Positions 10,228 through 18,780 of a DNA stretch of 64,000 nt are shown one piece after another (position 1 is the first letter of the stretch; each line of letters starts with the position of its first letter). Below the pieces are notes generated by a model, which was not told the origin of the DNA, did not search any database, and saw only the letters and a program-made list of their open reading frames with translations. A program made the translations under genes and the position numbers. The stretch is from a virus, in the IMG/VR virus record IMGVR_UViG_3300014773_000013. One strand, given 5' to 3'.

Positions 10228-10772
10228 CGCCATTCTCGTTTCTCGATCTCTATCAGCGCATAGTCGATCAAGCGCACCAATCCCGCCGCTTGCTGCTCGC
10301 CCAGTTCAAGCACGCTGCGTTTCGGCACGAACACATTACGCGCGCCACCCACATGGCGCATTCCGCCACCCCGCGCCAGTTGTAGCGACGGGATTGACAC
10401 AACCCCGCCGCGCTCGTGAATCCGAAACGCCAGCCGGCTACCGACATCAAAAATAAGGCTGGACCCGCTGCGTGTGATTTCTTCGATGTGGTTACCGTTG
10501 CTGGAGTTGACAAACGATGATTCGTAGTTGCCGCTACGCTTGAGGATTGGCCGGGATCCTGGCCAGTCAAGCAGGCGCCGCGTGGCCACCGTGCGCGGCG
10601 CTAGGGGACGCCACGGGTTGCCGGATGCCGCGCCCTCTGTGGAGAAATTCTCCTGAAACGCCTTGGTGACACCGCCGGTGATTTTGCGCTTCTCCGCATT
10701 GCCCATGTTGACAAATCGGTCAATCAGGCGTTCCAGGTCGTCAAATTTGTCTTTGGTGGTAAGTGTGAACAT
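10224..10772 (-). CDS. Virion morphogenesis / tail completion protein (Mu gpG-like)
   Basis: FQENFSTEG...PWRPLAPRT...ILKRSG...HERGG...VPKRSVL pattern. Start MFTLTTK at 10772 (TAATG overlap). Confidence 0.75.
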   Translation of the reverse strand: MFTLTTKDKFDDLERLIDRFVNMGNAEKRKITGGVTKAFQENFSTEGAASGNPWRPLAPRTVATRRLLDWPGSRPILKRSGNYESSFVNSSNGNHIEEITRSGSSLIFDVGSRLAFRIHERGGVVSIPSLQLARGGGMRHVGGARNVFVPKRSVLELGEQQAAGLVRLIDYALIEIEKREWR

Positions 10773-11119
10773 TAGCGCCTCCCTCGTGGTTTCGGCGGCT
10801 TCGCCTTCTTCACCTTGTCGCGCTCTTCGCTCACATATTGCATAATTAGGCTGAAGTCGGCCCGCAATGTTGCCGGCATTTCCATCACTTCGACGGGTGA
10901 CAGCCCGCGCTGAGCGCCGCCAAATAAATGCCACACAATGAATACTTCCAAATTCGCAGGGTCGCATAATCCGTCGTGCTCCTGCTCTTTTGCCTTCTTG
11001 CGTAGTTCCGCCGGCGTCAAGGGCCGTTTCGGCTTATCGTCGCGTGCTGCCTCTTCGGCCTCGACAATTGCTTTGGCTAACTCGCGGATGGCTTGACGGT
11101 CAGCCGCAGCGCTTTTTTT
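10772..11119 (-). CDS. Tail assembly chaperone, frameshifted C-terminal part (gpT-like)
   Basis: The -1 frame is open from the A8 run into ORF 10772-11020 (KSAAADRQAIRELAKAIVEAEE...LTPAELRKK). Confidence 0.8.
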   Translation of the reverse strand, partial: KKSAAADRQAIRELAKAIVEAEEAARDDKPKRPLTPAELRKKAKEQEHDGLCDPANLEVFIVWHLFGGAQRGLSPVEVMEMPATLRADFSLIMQYVSEERDKVKKAKPPKPRGRR

Positions 11120-11547
11120 TCCTCATCTCCCGACGGCAAAAACGAAAAGAGGCGCGGCGGGTTGCCGGCCTCGATGACGGCCTCAGACAGCGTGTCTGTC
11201 ATGCCGGCGGGCACTTCATAGGGAAAGCGCTTGGAGTCGTACCAAGCTTCAGGCAACTTGGTTTCTTCCCATACGTCGCCGGTTTTTACTTCCACCTTTT
11301 TGAGTGCGGACAGGATCATGGCGTGGCTGATCAGGATGGACATCAGCGCCATTGCCTCATCATTCTGTGTCCAGCCCTCCCCATACTGCTCATTCATGTC
11401 AGCAAACACACGCCCCCGCCGCCGGTTGAATAGACTCAGGTCAAAATTGTTGCAGGTGCCAAACGTCAGCCGATACTCCTGCTCAGCTTCACCGTCACTG
11501 ACGATCATGCTGACGGTGCTTGTTTGTTGCCAGTTGTTCAAATTCAT
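11077..11547 (-). CDS. Tail assembly chaperone (gpG-like)
   Basis: Lies between the tail tube and tape measure genes and has a slippery site near its 3' end. Confidence 0.8.
   Translation of the reverse strand: MNLNNWQQTSTVSMIVSDGEAEQEYRLTFGTCNNFDLSLFNRRRGRVFADMNEQYGEGWTQNDEAMALMSILISHAMILSALKKVEVKTGDVWEETKLPEAWYDSKRFPYEVPAGMTDTLSEAVIEAGNPPRLFSFLPSGDEEKKALRLTVKPSAS
11113..11121 (-). other. Programmed -1 ribosomal frameshift site (GAA AAA AAA G)
   Basis: In-frame X XXY YYZ heptamer A AAA AAA at 11119-11113. The -1 frame matches the downstream ORF. Confidence 0.85.
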
Positions 11548-12578
11548 TAATAACTCGCCACATTATTGATGACGACGATAGTCGATGGCGTAGCCACATT
11601 GCCTACAACCATGCCATCAGCGCCGATGGTGATCAATGCGTCACCGCTAGCAGACGGCGCGCCGGCAGGTTTCCACTGCACAGAGGGCGCCACGAACTGA
11701 AACTCATACGGCACGATGGCGCCGGAAATATTGGCCGGGGAACGCCATTCGACATCAATGTTACCGGTCACCGGCGCGGTGGCTACCGTGGTGCCGGCAT
11801 CGGCGCCAAAGTAAAGCGCCTCGTAAACGGAATCACTGACATTGATCTCGTTGAATGACGCCTGAATGCCGATGCTCTGGCGCTGCATATTAACGAGGAG
11901 TTGCGTCCACATCGCTTTGTCATCCTCACGCAGTGTATTCGTAAAGGTGAACTCAGCGGCGCGCATGACTTCCACCACGGTATAGCCACCGATGTCAATG
12001 TCGGTCCGTGCACCAACCCACGGCACGATCTCATCAGCCTGTTCAGCTACGTAGGTCGGGGAACCGGAAAGCGGTGCAATAGTCAAGAAGCTAATCTCAG
12101 CGGTACACATGATCTCTTCGGTACTTACGCTGATGGTCAGCGAAGTGCAGCGCCCGTCTACGCCGCGCATATAATAGGCCGCGTCACTATCGTCGACCTT
12201 CCAAATACACGTAGCCCATTTGTGCGCGGCGTCTGTGCCCTGCGTCAATGTGTGTGTGTAGTATGTAGTATTGTCTGCGGTAGCCACGCCGTATCCAGTG
12301 GCTTGCAGTACGGGTACGATCCCTTTAGGACGCAACGGAAAAGTAACGCTGGCACGTCCGATGTACCCGGTGATCTGGTCGGTGTTTGCCATTGCCCAAC
12401 TGGTAGTGCCACCGGCGCTCGGATGCTCCAGCCGCGTGGCGCGATATTGGAACTCAGGCGCTAGGCTGCTGTCGGTTGCAATGAGTTTGTAAAGCGTCGT
12501 GGCTGCTGTGCCTTTGGCGGATTGAATGCCGATAGCGAAAAATGAGCCCAGACTATTGGCTTCTGATGTAGCCGACAT
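11547..12578 (-). CDS. Major tail tube protein
   Basis: 343 aa, beta-rich, FFAIGIQSAKGTAAT start, THTLT motif, and synteny. Confidence 0.8.
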   Translation of the reverse strand: MSATSEANSLGSFFAIGIQSAKGTAATTLYKLIATDSSLAPEFQYRATRLEHPSAGGTTSWAMANTDQITGYIGRASVTFPLRPKGIVPVLQATGYGVATADNTTYYTHTLTQGTDAAHKWATCIWKVDDSDAAYYMRGVDGRCTSLTISVSTEEIMCTAEISFLTIAPLSGSPTYVAEQADEIVPWVGARTDIDIGGYTVVEVMRAAEFTFTNTLREDDKAMWTQLLVNMQRQSIGIQASFNEINVSDSVYEALYFGADAGTTVATAPVTGNIDVEWRSPANISGAIVPYEFQFVAPSVQWKPAGAPSASGDALITIGADGMVVGNVATPSTIVVINNVASY

Positions 12579-12581
12579 GTG

Positions 12582-12797
12582 TTATCCTCCTGCTGTTTTA
12601 TCAGCAATTAATTGCGCCACCTTGGCATCGGCCACAGCTTTCTGACGTGCCTCGCCGGCTGCCTCGTAGATCATGGCATCGTAGAGCACGAAATACAGGT
12701 TTTCTGGTGTATCGGTCAATTCGACGCCGGCATCCTGCAATGCCTCGCCATGCGTCAAAATGATATAATCTAAAATTTCTTCTCTGGTCATTTTCAA
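12582..12797 (-). CDS. Hypothetical protein
   Basis: Coupled ORF in the neck/tail region. Confidence 0.6.
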   Translation of the reverse strand: MKMTREEILDYIILTHGEALQDAGVELTDTPENLYFVLYDAMIYEAAGEARQKAVADAKVAQLIADKTAGG

Positions 12798-13309
12798 CCC
12801 TTCGCTATTACATCAAAAAGGAAGTGCGCTACACCTAAGCGCTTCAGACTGGCGTTGTCATCGTTGGGGTAGCGAATCACATCAATGTAGCCCTGTGTAA
12901 TCTTCGCATTCCCGGCAATGATGCCAGCCGATTGCACTGTAAAGGTGTTCGTGCGCAGCACTGCCTCCATGCGTTCGTAAAACTCTTTGACGGCATCGGT
13001 CACCGTGTCAACCACCATGGCCGCCTCATAATTGACAACGCCACTCACCAGTCCAGACGCCGCGCATTTGTACGTTCGCGTGTAACGCTTGCTATTCGTG
13101 CCACTATGCTCGTTAGCGTCGTAGCTCACTTGGTAGCACGACACCGCCACGGCTGGCAGCGTCCATAGTGGCCATTCAAACATATCAGCCCAGATGCGCT
13201 TATTGATGGTCTGCGCCTTAAGTGTCGTGTAGGCGCTGCCCGTCCCCATTGCGGTGCGGAACAGCCCCACCATGTAATCGTCAAGGTCGGTCCAAAAGAC
13301 AGCCATCAA
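12794..13309 (-). CDS. Putative tail terminator protein
   Basis: 171 aa, just before the tail tube gene, with an LPAVAV strand. Confidence 0.55.
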   Translation of the reverse strand: MMAVFWTDLDDYMVGLFRTAMGTGSAYTTLKAQTINKRIWADMFEWPLWTLPAVAVSCYQVSYDANEHSGTNSKRYTRTYKCAASGLVSGVVNYEAAMVVDTVTDAVKEFYERMEAVLRTNTFTVQSAGIIAGNAKITQGYIDVIRYPNDDNASLKRLGVAHFLFDVIAKG

Positions 13310-13737
13310 TACACCAATGTGCTAGTTGTCGTGCTAGCGCGCACGCGTCCGAAAAATGCTGGGATCACTGCCGTTGCCGATGCGCTTTCCGTTTCGTAGC
13401 TCTCATAATCGGCTTTTTTCTCGGCGGCCATATCCACAAAATATTTACGCTGATCTACGCTCATGCTCTTGGAAACGCTGCCATCGTGTGACGTGCTTAC
13501 GCTTACTGGTGAGGATGCCAACCGCGCAGCAACCATGCTATAGGCGCGGTAATAGACCCACGCCGCCGCCGCCGCGTTCTGGTTAGCCGTGGCAATGGCG
13601 ACGTTCGCGCCAACCTGCGTTACCGCTTGCGCCAGCCAGCCCGACAATAGCGTGTTGAAATCGTTGCCGGGAAACAACGATTCTGACAACTCGCCATCAG
13701 GCTGCACCAGGTCTGCCGTTATCAGCGTGACGGTCAT
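13306..13737 (-). CDS. Putative head-tail adaptor
   Basis: Helical, 143 aa, follows the capsid gene; SVSTSHDGSVSKS hairpin-like motif. Confidence 0.55.
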   Translation of the reverse strand: MTVTLITADLVQPDGELSESLFPGNDFNTLLSGWLAQAVTQVGANVAIATANQNAAAAAWVYYRAYSMVAARLASSPVSVSTSHDGSVSKSMSVDQRKYFVDMAAEKKADYESYETESASATAVIPAFFGRVRASTTTSTLVY

Positions 13738-13988
13738 CAGTCACCACCCTTGGCCTTTTTGGTGGTAGACGCTTCTTCTGGTTTTGGTCCGGTGTTCACT
13801 TTGACTAGGCGTCCATCGGTAAGGCGCTTCTGCACCTCGCGGGTAAGGGCCACTTCGCAGGATTGCCCATTACCGGCAATGAACACTTCGCCGGTCGGGT
13901 TGTCATCCGAAACGTGGTCGGGGTGCGTCTCCCACAGGACAACCGTGCTGTCCTGTTTGGCCGCCATCACTTTGATTTTATCTGCCAT
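13737..13988 (-). CDS. Small protein following the major capsid gene
   Basis: RBS AGGGGG, 83 aa, basic tail. Confidence 0.65.
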   Translation of the reverse strand: MADKIKVMAAKQDSTVVLWETHPDHVSDDNPTGEVFIAGNGQSCEVALTREVQKRLTDGRLVKVNTGPKPEEASTTKKAKGGD

Positions 13989-14002
13989 GATATCCCCCTA
14001 GA

Positions 14003-15271
14003 CTAAGCGTTCACTACTAAAATTTTGGTGGCCAACTGGTCGAGAATCGCAAAGCCGTTAACCTCTGACATGACGAGGACTTGTGTTTGATTCGTGACAA
14101 AGCGCGCTGTCTCGGTAATGTCGGAGCCAATCTCGGTCAGGCGCTCCAAAGCCTTTGACGCGTCGAAGCCAACGATTTTGTTGGCCGGTGCATCGGAAGT
14201 CCACCCGTAGCGGGTGCTGTCGGCAAACTGATTGATCGGCACAAACCCAGATCGTAAGCCGGCCATGTTTGCCCCGGCCAGCGGGATGTTAGCGGAACCG
14301 ACATCAAGTTTGGCAACCTTTAGCGCCATGTCACTGCGCATGAGCGCGGTGCTCAGCATATATGGTTGTTCCCACAACATTTTGTAGGCAAGCCAAGCTG
14401 TTACTGTCATGTTGCTGGCGGTCGTGGCGCTGTCTAGCGTGGTCAGGTTGTAGGCAGTCGCTGCGGTGCTGGCGTTGCCGTCACCGTTGACCAATACGTC
14501 CAGCGCAGCAGATACCAAATCAACTTCAGATTGAATGGCCATCATCTGGATAAAGCGCGCCAGTTTGTCCACTTTCATGCGCCGCATTTGTTCGTAAGTA
14601 GCGCGCAGGCCGCGCCCGTATTTCTTCAGCCGGACCGATGATTCGCTGCCAACGATGTCAGCAATCGGAATATCAGCCGACTCGCCGACGCGGAACTTAC
14701 GTAACTGCTCAGCGTCATAGACCAACTTATAACTGCGGTAGTTGTCGCCATCGATCGGCGTGGTCATCGCGACCAGTTCGGAAACAGGAATAGGAATGCC
14801 CACCTCTCGATCCTGGCGCACCACGTTGGAATCAGTGTAGGGACGTTCCCAGGAACCCACGACACCGGTGTCACTGAGCAAGATGGCGCGCTCTTGTTTC
14901 AGCATGTCGCGCTTCTCGGCGTTGCTCATCTTGTACGTGACATGGCGCCAATTGCGGGCGAAGAACTCGGTGAACAAGGCACGCGTGCCGTCGTTTTTCA
15001 GGAAGGACGCAGCGTTGCTGGCGAAATAGCCCGCCCGCCAATTGCTCTTGGTGCGGATGCCGGCTTCCATCATGAGGCGCTCAAAGGCGTCGAGCTGGTC
15101 GCCAGGCTCGGATGGGCTTAGTTGTTCCAGTACGCCGGACATCGTCGGCGATTCGTCAATGCCGCTTTCCTTCATGCGCAAGGCTTCTTGATTGTAGATG
15201 TCCATCGGCTTGCGCTGGAATTGTTCCCAAAGCTCTTTGGTACCTACCGCCTTGATTGAAATATTGTCCAT
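14003..15271 (-). CDS. Major capsid protein (HK97 fold)
   Basis: 422 aa with RVGESADIP, LKKYGRGLRATYEQMRR and VLVNGDG motifs; synteny. Confidence 0.9.
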   Translation of the reverse strand: MDNISIKAVGTKELWEQFQRKPMDIYNQEALRMKESGIDESPTMSGVLEQLSPSEPGDQLDAFERLMMEAGIRTKSNWRAGYFASNAASFLKNDGTRALFTEFFARNWRHVTYKMSNAEKRDMLKQERAILLSDTGVVGSWERPYTDSNVVRQDREVGIPIPVSELVAMTTPIDGDNYRSYKLVYDAEQLRKFRVGESADIPIADIVGSESSVRLKKYGRGLRATYEQMRRMKVDKLARFIQMMAIQSEVDLVSAALDVLVNGDGNASTAATAYNLTTLDSATTASNMTVTAWLAYKMLWEQPYMLSTALMRSDMALKVAKLDVGSANIPLAGANMAGLRSGFVPINQFADSTRYGWTSDAPANKIVGFDASKALERLTEIGSDITETARFVTNQTQVLVMSEVNGFAILDQLATKILVVNA

Positions 15272-15282
15272 TTTTTAGTCTC

Positions 15283-15696
15283 CTAGAGCTTCACAACCAC
15301 GGCGGTGGTTGTGCTTGAATCCACGATAAATCCACGGCTGACCGTGTCCTCTGTGGCCACTACTCGGATGTAGCCCTTTGCCGCTACCAGTAAATCGCCG
15401 ACGATTTTCAGGCCCGGCGTTAGCGTGGCCGAAGTGCCACCGGGGAGCGTCATAAAGCCGCCGGTCTGCACAACCGCCTTATCGTCGCTCTCCACCTTGA
15501 TGAGCTTGCCAAGGATAAACTCGCCATCGGCTGCCAGCGCCACCGTGGAGTGCGTGGACAAGGTGACGGCCAGCCCCACGCTTGCACTACCGTTGGCTTC
15601 GGTCGCGCTATACGTGATGGTGGAATCATCAATCAAAAATGTTTGCGCCTCGTAGCCGATGCCATCGAAGGCGACTGTGTTTCTCGGATCTGCCAT
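15283..15696 (-). CDS. Capsid decoration / cement protein
   Basis: 137 aa, beta-rich, immediately upstream of the major capsid gene. Confidence 0.65.
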   Translation of the reverse strand: MADPRNTVAFDGIGYEAQTFLIDDSTITYSATEANGSASVGLAVTLSTHSTVALAADGEFILGKLIKVESDDKAVVQTGGFMTLPGGTSATLTPGLKIVGDLLVAAKGYIRVVATEDTVSRGFIVDSSTTTAVVVKL

Positions 15697-15708
15697 GTCG
15701 AAATTCTC

Positions 15709-16215
15709 CTAGTTGTTTGTCTCGCCGATCTCAATCCAGTTTGTGCCGTCGGATACCAGCGTCACATTGTCGTACTGACCAAGCGCTGCATTGCCGCTCA
15801 GTTTTAATGTCCCCGTATCAGTAAGCGTGATTGTGGTGTTGGCCATATTGACGATATAGAGCGCCGTGCCAGCCGCCATTGTAACGATGCTTGATGTGCC
15901 AACACCGGTAGATCCGGTGATGGGTACATAGCTGGTGACCGGCGTGATGGTGCTGCCTGCGGTGACCACAATTTCCGAACCCGGCGTAAAGCGCACGAAG
16001 CCGCCAAACACCGAATCATCACCGACGGTTAGGTCATCGCTTGCTGTCACATCGGCGGCGCTGATTGCATCGGCAACCGTGGCATCGTCACCGACGACCA
16101 GATCCCCGCTCAGCGTGACTGATGTAAAGTTGGTCACCTGTGCCAGTACCGGCAGATTGAGCAATGCAACCAGCAGCGCAGCAGCAATCAGTCCCGAAAT
16201 AATAGTTTTTCGCAT
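15709..16215 (-). CDS. Signal-peptide-bearing beta-rich protein in the head module
   Basis: MRKTIISGLIAAALLVALLNLPVLA|Q, followed by GDLVVGDD-type repeats and a C-terminal LVSDGTNW. Confidence 0.7.
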   Translation of the reverse strand: MRKTIISGLIAAALLVALLNLPVLAQVTNFTSVTLSGDLVVGDDATVADAISAADVTASDDLTVGDDSVFGGFVRFTPGSEIVVTAGSTITPVTSYVPITGSTGVGTSSIVTMAAGTALYIVNMANTTITLTDTGTLKLSGNAALGQYDNVTLVSDGTNWIEIGETNN

Positions 16216-16223
16216 TGTTCCCC

Positions 16224-17405
16224 CTAGGATTTGTAGGCCGATGCCGGTACGTGTGTTCGCTTTTTCTGCGTGCCAGGCGCTTGGCTGTCGTCAACCGTCT
16301 GGCGACCACCCGCAAAGCGGCTGTCACCCACGGCGGACCAATCCGTTTTCATTTGGCGAATCAGGTCAAGCGATGCCGATTTCAGCGCCGCCTCATACGT
16401 GGCCCGGTTGAACTTGTCCCCGTAGGCGCGCACGCCTTCCGCCAACGCTTCGTTGATCAGGTCGTCACGATAGGCGCGCCCATCAGCGGCCAGCGGTTCC
16501 AGTTCGGTCACCTTGGCGCGTGCCTCGGTCAATTGCTGCTCTACCATGCGCAGCTTTTCCGGCGCCGTGGAGACGGCCAACACACCGGCCACCACATCGG
16601 CATCAGCCGGAAGCGCAAGCACCTCTCTGATTTGATTTACAATCTGTTCAAATTCCATCGTTTTGTCCCTCTGCGGATTTACCGCAAAACTTCGCTTGGT
16701 TGGCAGCCGCGTCCGGTAACGTGCTTCGAGCACGCGCACTGCGTCCGGTTTCAACTCGCCAGCCTCTGCCATGCGCTGCGCCTTCTGGATCGTGGCGTCT
16801 GGTGTAGCGCCGTCATATACTGCCGACACTTCAGACAGAAGAGCGTTATCAATGCCTACCGTGCAGACAATTAACCCGCGGTCTTTTACCTCAAACTCCA
16901 TGCCGGCCAGGTGTGGGCATTCGTAGCTTCGGTAATCCTGCTGGCAAATGCTGCACCAAAATTTTCCAGAGTGAAACCCCACCGAAACATCGGCCACAAT
17001 GCCGGCCCGTACGCCGGCAATAAAATCATCTGTGGTTACTCCGTTCAGATTCAACCCTGGTAAGGTGTAGAAATCGGCAACAACCCGCTGGCGCTGCCCA
17101 TCGCTGATCAGGCGCCCATCAATGCTGCGGCCAAAAGGCAATTCGTTGTGTCGGTGGCTGTTGAGGAAGGAAATGCCGGACCGCGCTCCAGATGCAAAAT
17201 TCTCCAAAGTTGACGGTAGCATGAACGTCGAATACGCATCGACCACACCAGAGGAAATTTCAGCCGTCCAAAAAAAAGGCGTGCGCTCATCGAAGATCGT
17301 TGGATCGTGGGCGCTCTTGTTTTTGGCAGATGTTAACAGGTCCGCCTGTCTCTCCTGTGCATCAACCCGACTAACCCTTGCAGAATATGAATAAAGGTCT
17401 TCCAT
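16224..17405 (-). CDS. Prohead protease fused to scaffold
   Basis: FLNSH, DVSVGF, CSIC..CPH and EVSAVYDGA motifs plus a C-terminal coiled coil. Start MEDLYSY after RBS GGAG. Confidence 0.85.
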   Translation of the reverse strand: MEDLYSYSARVSRVDAQERQADLLTSAKNKSAHDPTIFDERTPFFWTAEISSGVVDAYSTFMLPSTLENFASGARSGISFLNSHRHNELPFGRSIDGRLISDGQRQRVVADFYTLPGLNLNGVTTDDFIAGVRAGIVADVSVGFHSGKFWCSICQQDYRSYECPHLAGMEFEVKDRGLIVCTVGIDNALLSEVSAVYDGATPDATIQKAQRMAEAGELKPDAVRVLEARYRTRLPTKRSFAVNPQRDKTMEFEQIVNQIREVLALPADADVVAGVLAVSTAPEKLRMVEQQLTEARAKVTELEPLAADGRAYRDDLINEALAEGVRAYGDKFNRATYEAALKSASLDLIRQMKTDWSAVGDSRFAGGRQTVDDSQAPGTQKKRTHVPASAYKS

Positions 17406-17418
17406 GATTTCTCCGTAC

Positions 17419-17455
17419 AAAAAAAGAACTCGTTACACCTAAGTGTAACGAGTTC
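17419..17455 (-). terminator. Intrinsic terminator-like hairpin just upstream of the protease RBS
   Basis: Perfect 13-bp stem GAACTCGTTACAC/GTGTAACGAGTTC, 4-nt loop, T7 on the minus strand. Confidence 0.75.
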
Positions 17456-17482
17456 GAAAATTCTGTATATGCCTAAATGTAG

Positions 17483-17698
17483 CTATCTTTGGCTACTTGC
17501 GGCCGATTGCCTGATCATCTGCACAGCGACTTCAAACGCAGACGCGGCGCCGGTTTTCTGCCGAATGTTTTTGACGTGGTTGTAGACGGTGTAGCGGCTG
17601 ATTACCAACTGGCGAGCGATGATGCTTTGGCTCTTGCCCTGAGCCAGCAAAGTGACAACTTCCTTTTCGCGCTCGGTCAATACTGACATATCTAACAC
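17483..17698 (-). CDS. Stand-alone LuxR/GerE-family HTH regulator
   Basis: LTEREKEVVTLLAQGKSQSIIARQLVISRYTVYNHVKNIRQK. Confidence 0.9.
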   Translation of the reverse strand: MLDMSVLTEREKEVVTLLAQGKSQSIIARQLVISRYTVYNHVKNIRQKTGAASAFEVAVQMIRQSAASSQR

Positions 17699-17710
17699 CT
17701 CAACAAATCC

Positions 17711-17896
17711 TTACAACGGTCTCGCCTCTCGGTTGTCGGTCGTGTGCGTCTCGCGCTTGTCTGCCACGCGGAACACAGTTTGACACAACTGACACTGGTA
17801 AATGTGCGCAGTCTTGCGGATCTCACTGCATAGCGAACTACGGCATTTGGGACAACGATGCACGGTATTTTTCTTGACTTCAGTCGCTGCGGTCAT
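17711..17896 (-). CDS. Small zinc-ribbon protein
   Basis: CPKC...CQLC. Probable start MTAATE (ATGA overlap). Confidence 0.55.
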   Translation of the reverse strand: MTAATEVKKNTVHRCPKCRSSLCSEIRKTAHIYQCQLCQTVFRVADKRETHTTDNREARPL

Positions 17897-18780
17897 GGAT
17901 TGGTTCCTCCTGTCCAGGGCAATGCCGGCGGCTGCCACGGTGGCAACCCCGGTACGGACACAGTGACGGCTGGAATACCGACAACCTGTCCATCATAACG
18001 GACGGCTGACCACACGCAGTCACAACCGCTGTGCTGCGGGATTCTCACCGGCGCTCCGCCCAGCGGAAACACTCGGCCATGCCACTCTGCGCAAATCTTG
18101 ACGCACCCAACGCCGTTCACGTCGTACATGTGGTATTGAATACCGTTATGTTGTTGCGTCCACTGGAGCGCGTTGTTCACTGCCCAAGGCCGCTCATAAC
18201 GTTCAATCAGCACAGTGCGCTGTGCGGCTCTGGTGGCAATGTAGGCGCTAAGCGCCAATAGAATGCCGGTTTCCACCTTGCGCGCCTCGGTTACCGCTTC
18301 CGTCAAATCGTCAATGGTTGTATCAATCAGGCTCTGCTCGCTACCCTGCGTGGTGAGCATTTCGGCGCGCTCAATCATTACCTGCAAATAGTCCGCATTC
18401 GTCAGATTGAACGCGCCGTCAATGTCGAGCATGTCCAACGCTGTCTGTCCGCCAAGGTTGGCCGCGCGCCGGTGGTAGCGTTGCAGGAGTAACAGCAGGA
18501 TGGCAATCACCGCCGCGTCGTCGCTGTATTTACGTTTGAGCCATTGCCGCAACTCACGCTTGCCGGTTGGTGCCTCGTCCAGACCATTGCGAAATGGATG
18601 CCAGTAGAGATCACGCATAATCGGCTCAAGTTCGGCTTGCCACTCCTCATCAAGCGCGGTCTTTTTGATGTTGTAGCGGTCGATAGCCGCGCCCCGCTCA
18701 GATAGAATCGCATCATAAGCACGCTGCATCCTGGTCAAGCCGGCGGTAAGGTGACGGTCAACTGTGTGCATGATACCCAT
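17893..18780 (-). CDS. Head morphogenesis protein (SPP1 gp7 / Mu gpF-like)
   Basis: Follows the portal gene; CVKICAEWHG...IPQHSGCDC motif. Confidence 0.8.
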   Translation of the reverse strand: MGIMHTVDRHLTAGLTRMQRAYDAILSERGAAIDRYNIKKTALDEEWQAELEPIMRDLYWHPFRNGLDEAPTGKRELRQWLKRKYSDDAAVIAILLLLLQRYHRRAANLGGQTALDMLDIDGAFNLTNADYLQVMIERAEMLTTQGSEQSLIDTTIDDLTEAVTEARKVETGILLALSAYIATRAAQRTVLIERYERPWAVNNALQWTQQHNGIQYHMYDVNGVGCVKICAEWHGRVFPLGGAPVRIPQHSGCDCVWSAVRYDGQVVGIPAVTVSVPGLPPWQPPALPWTGGTNP

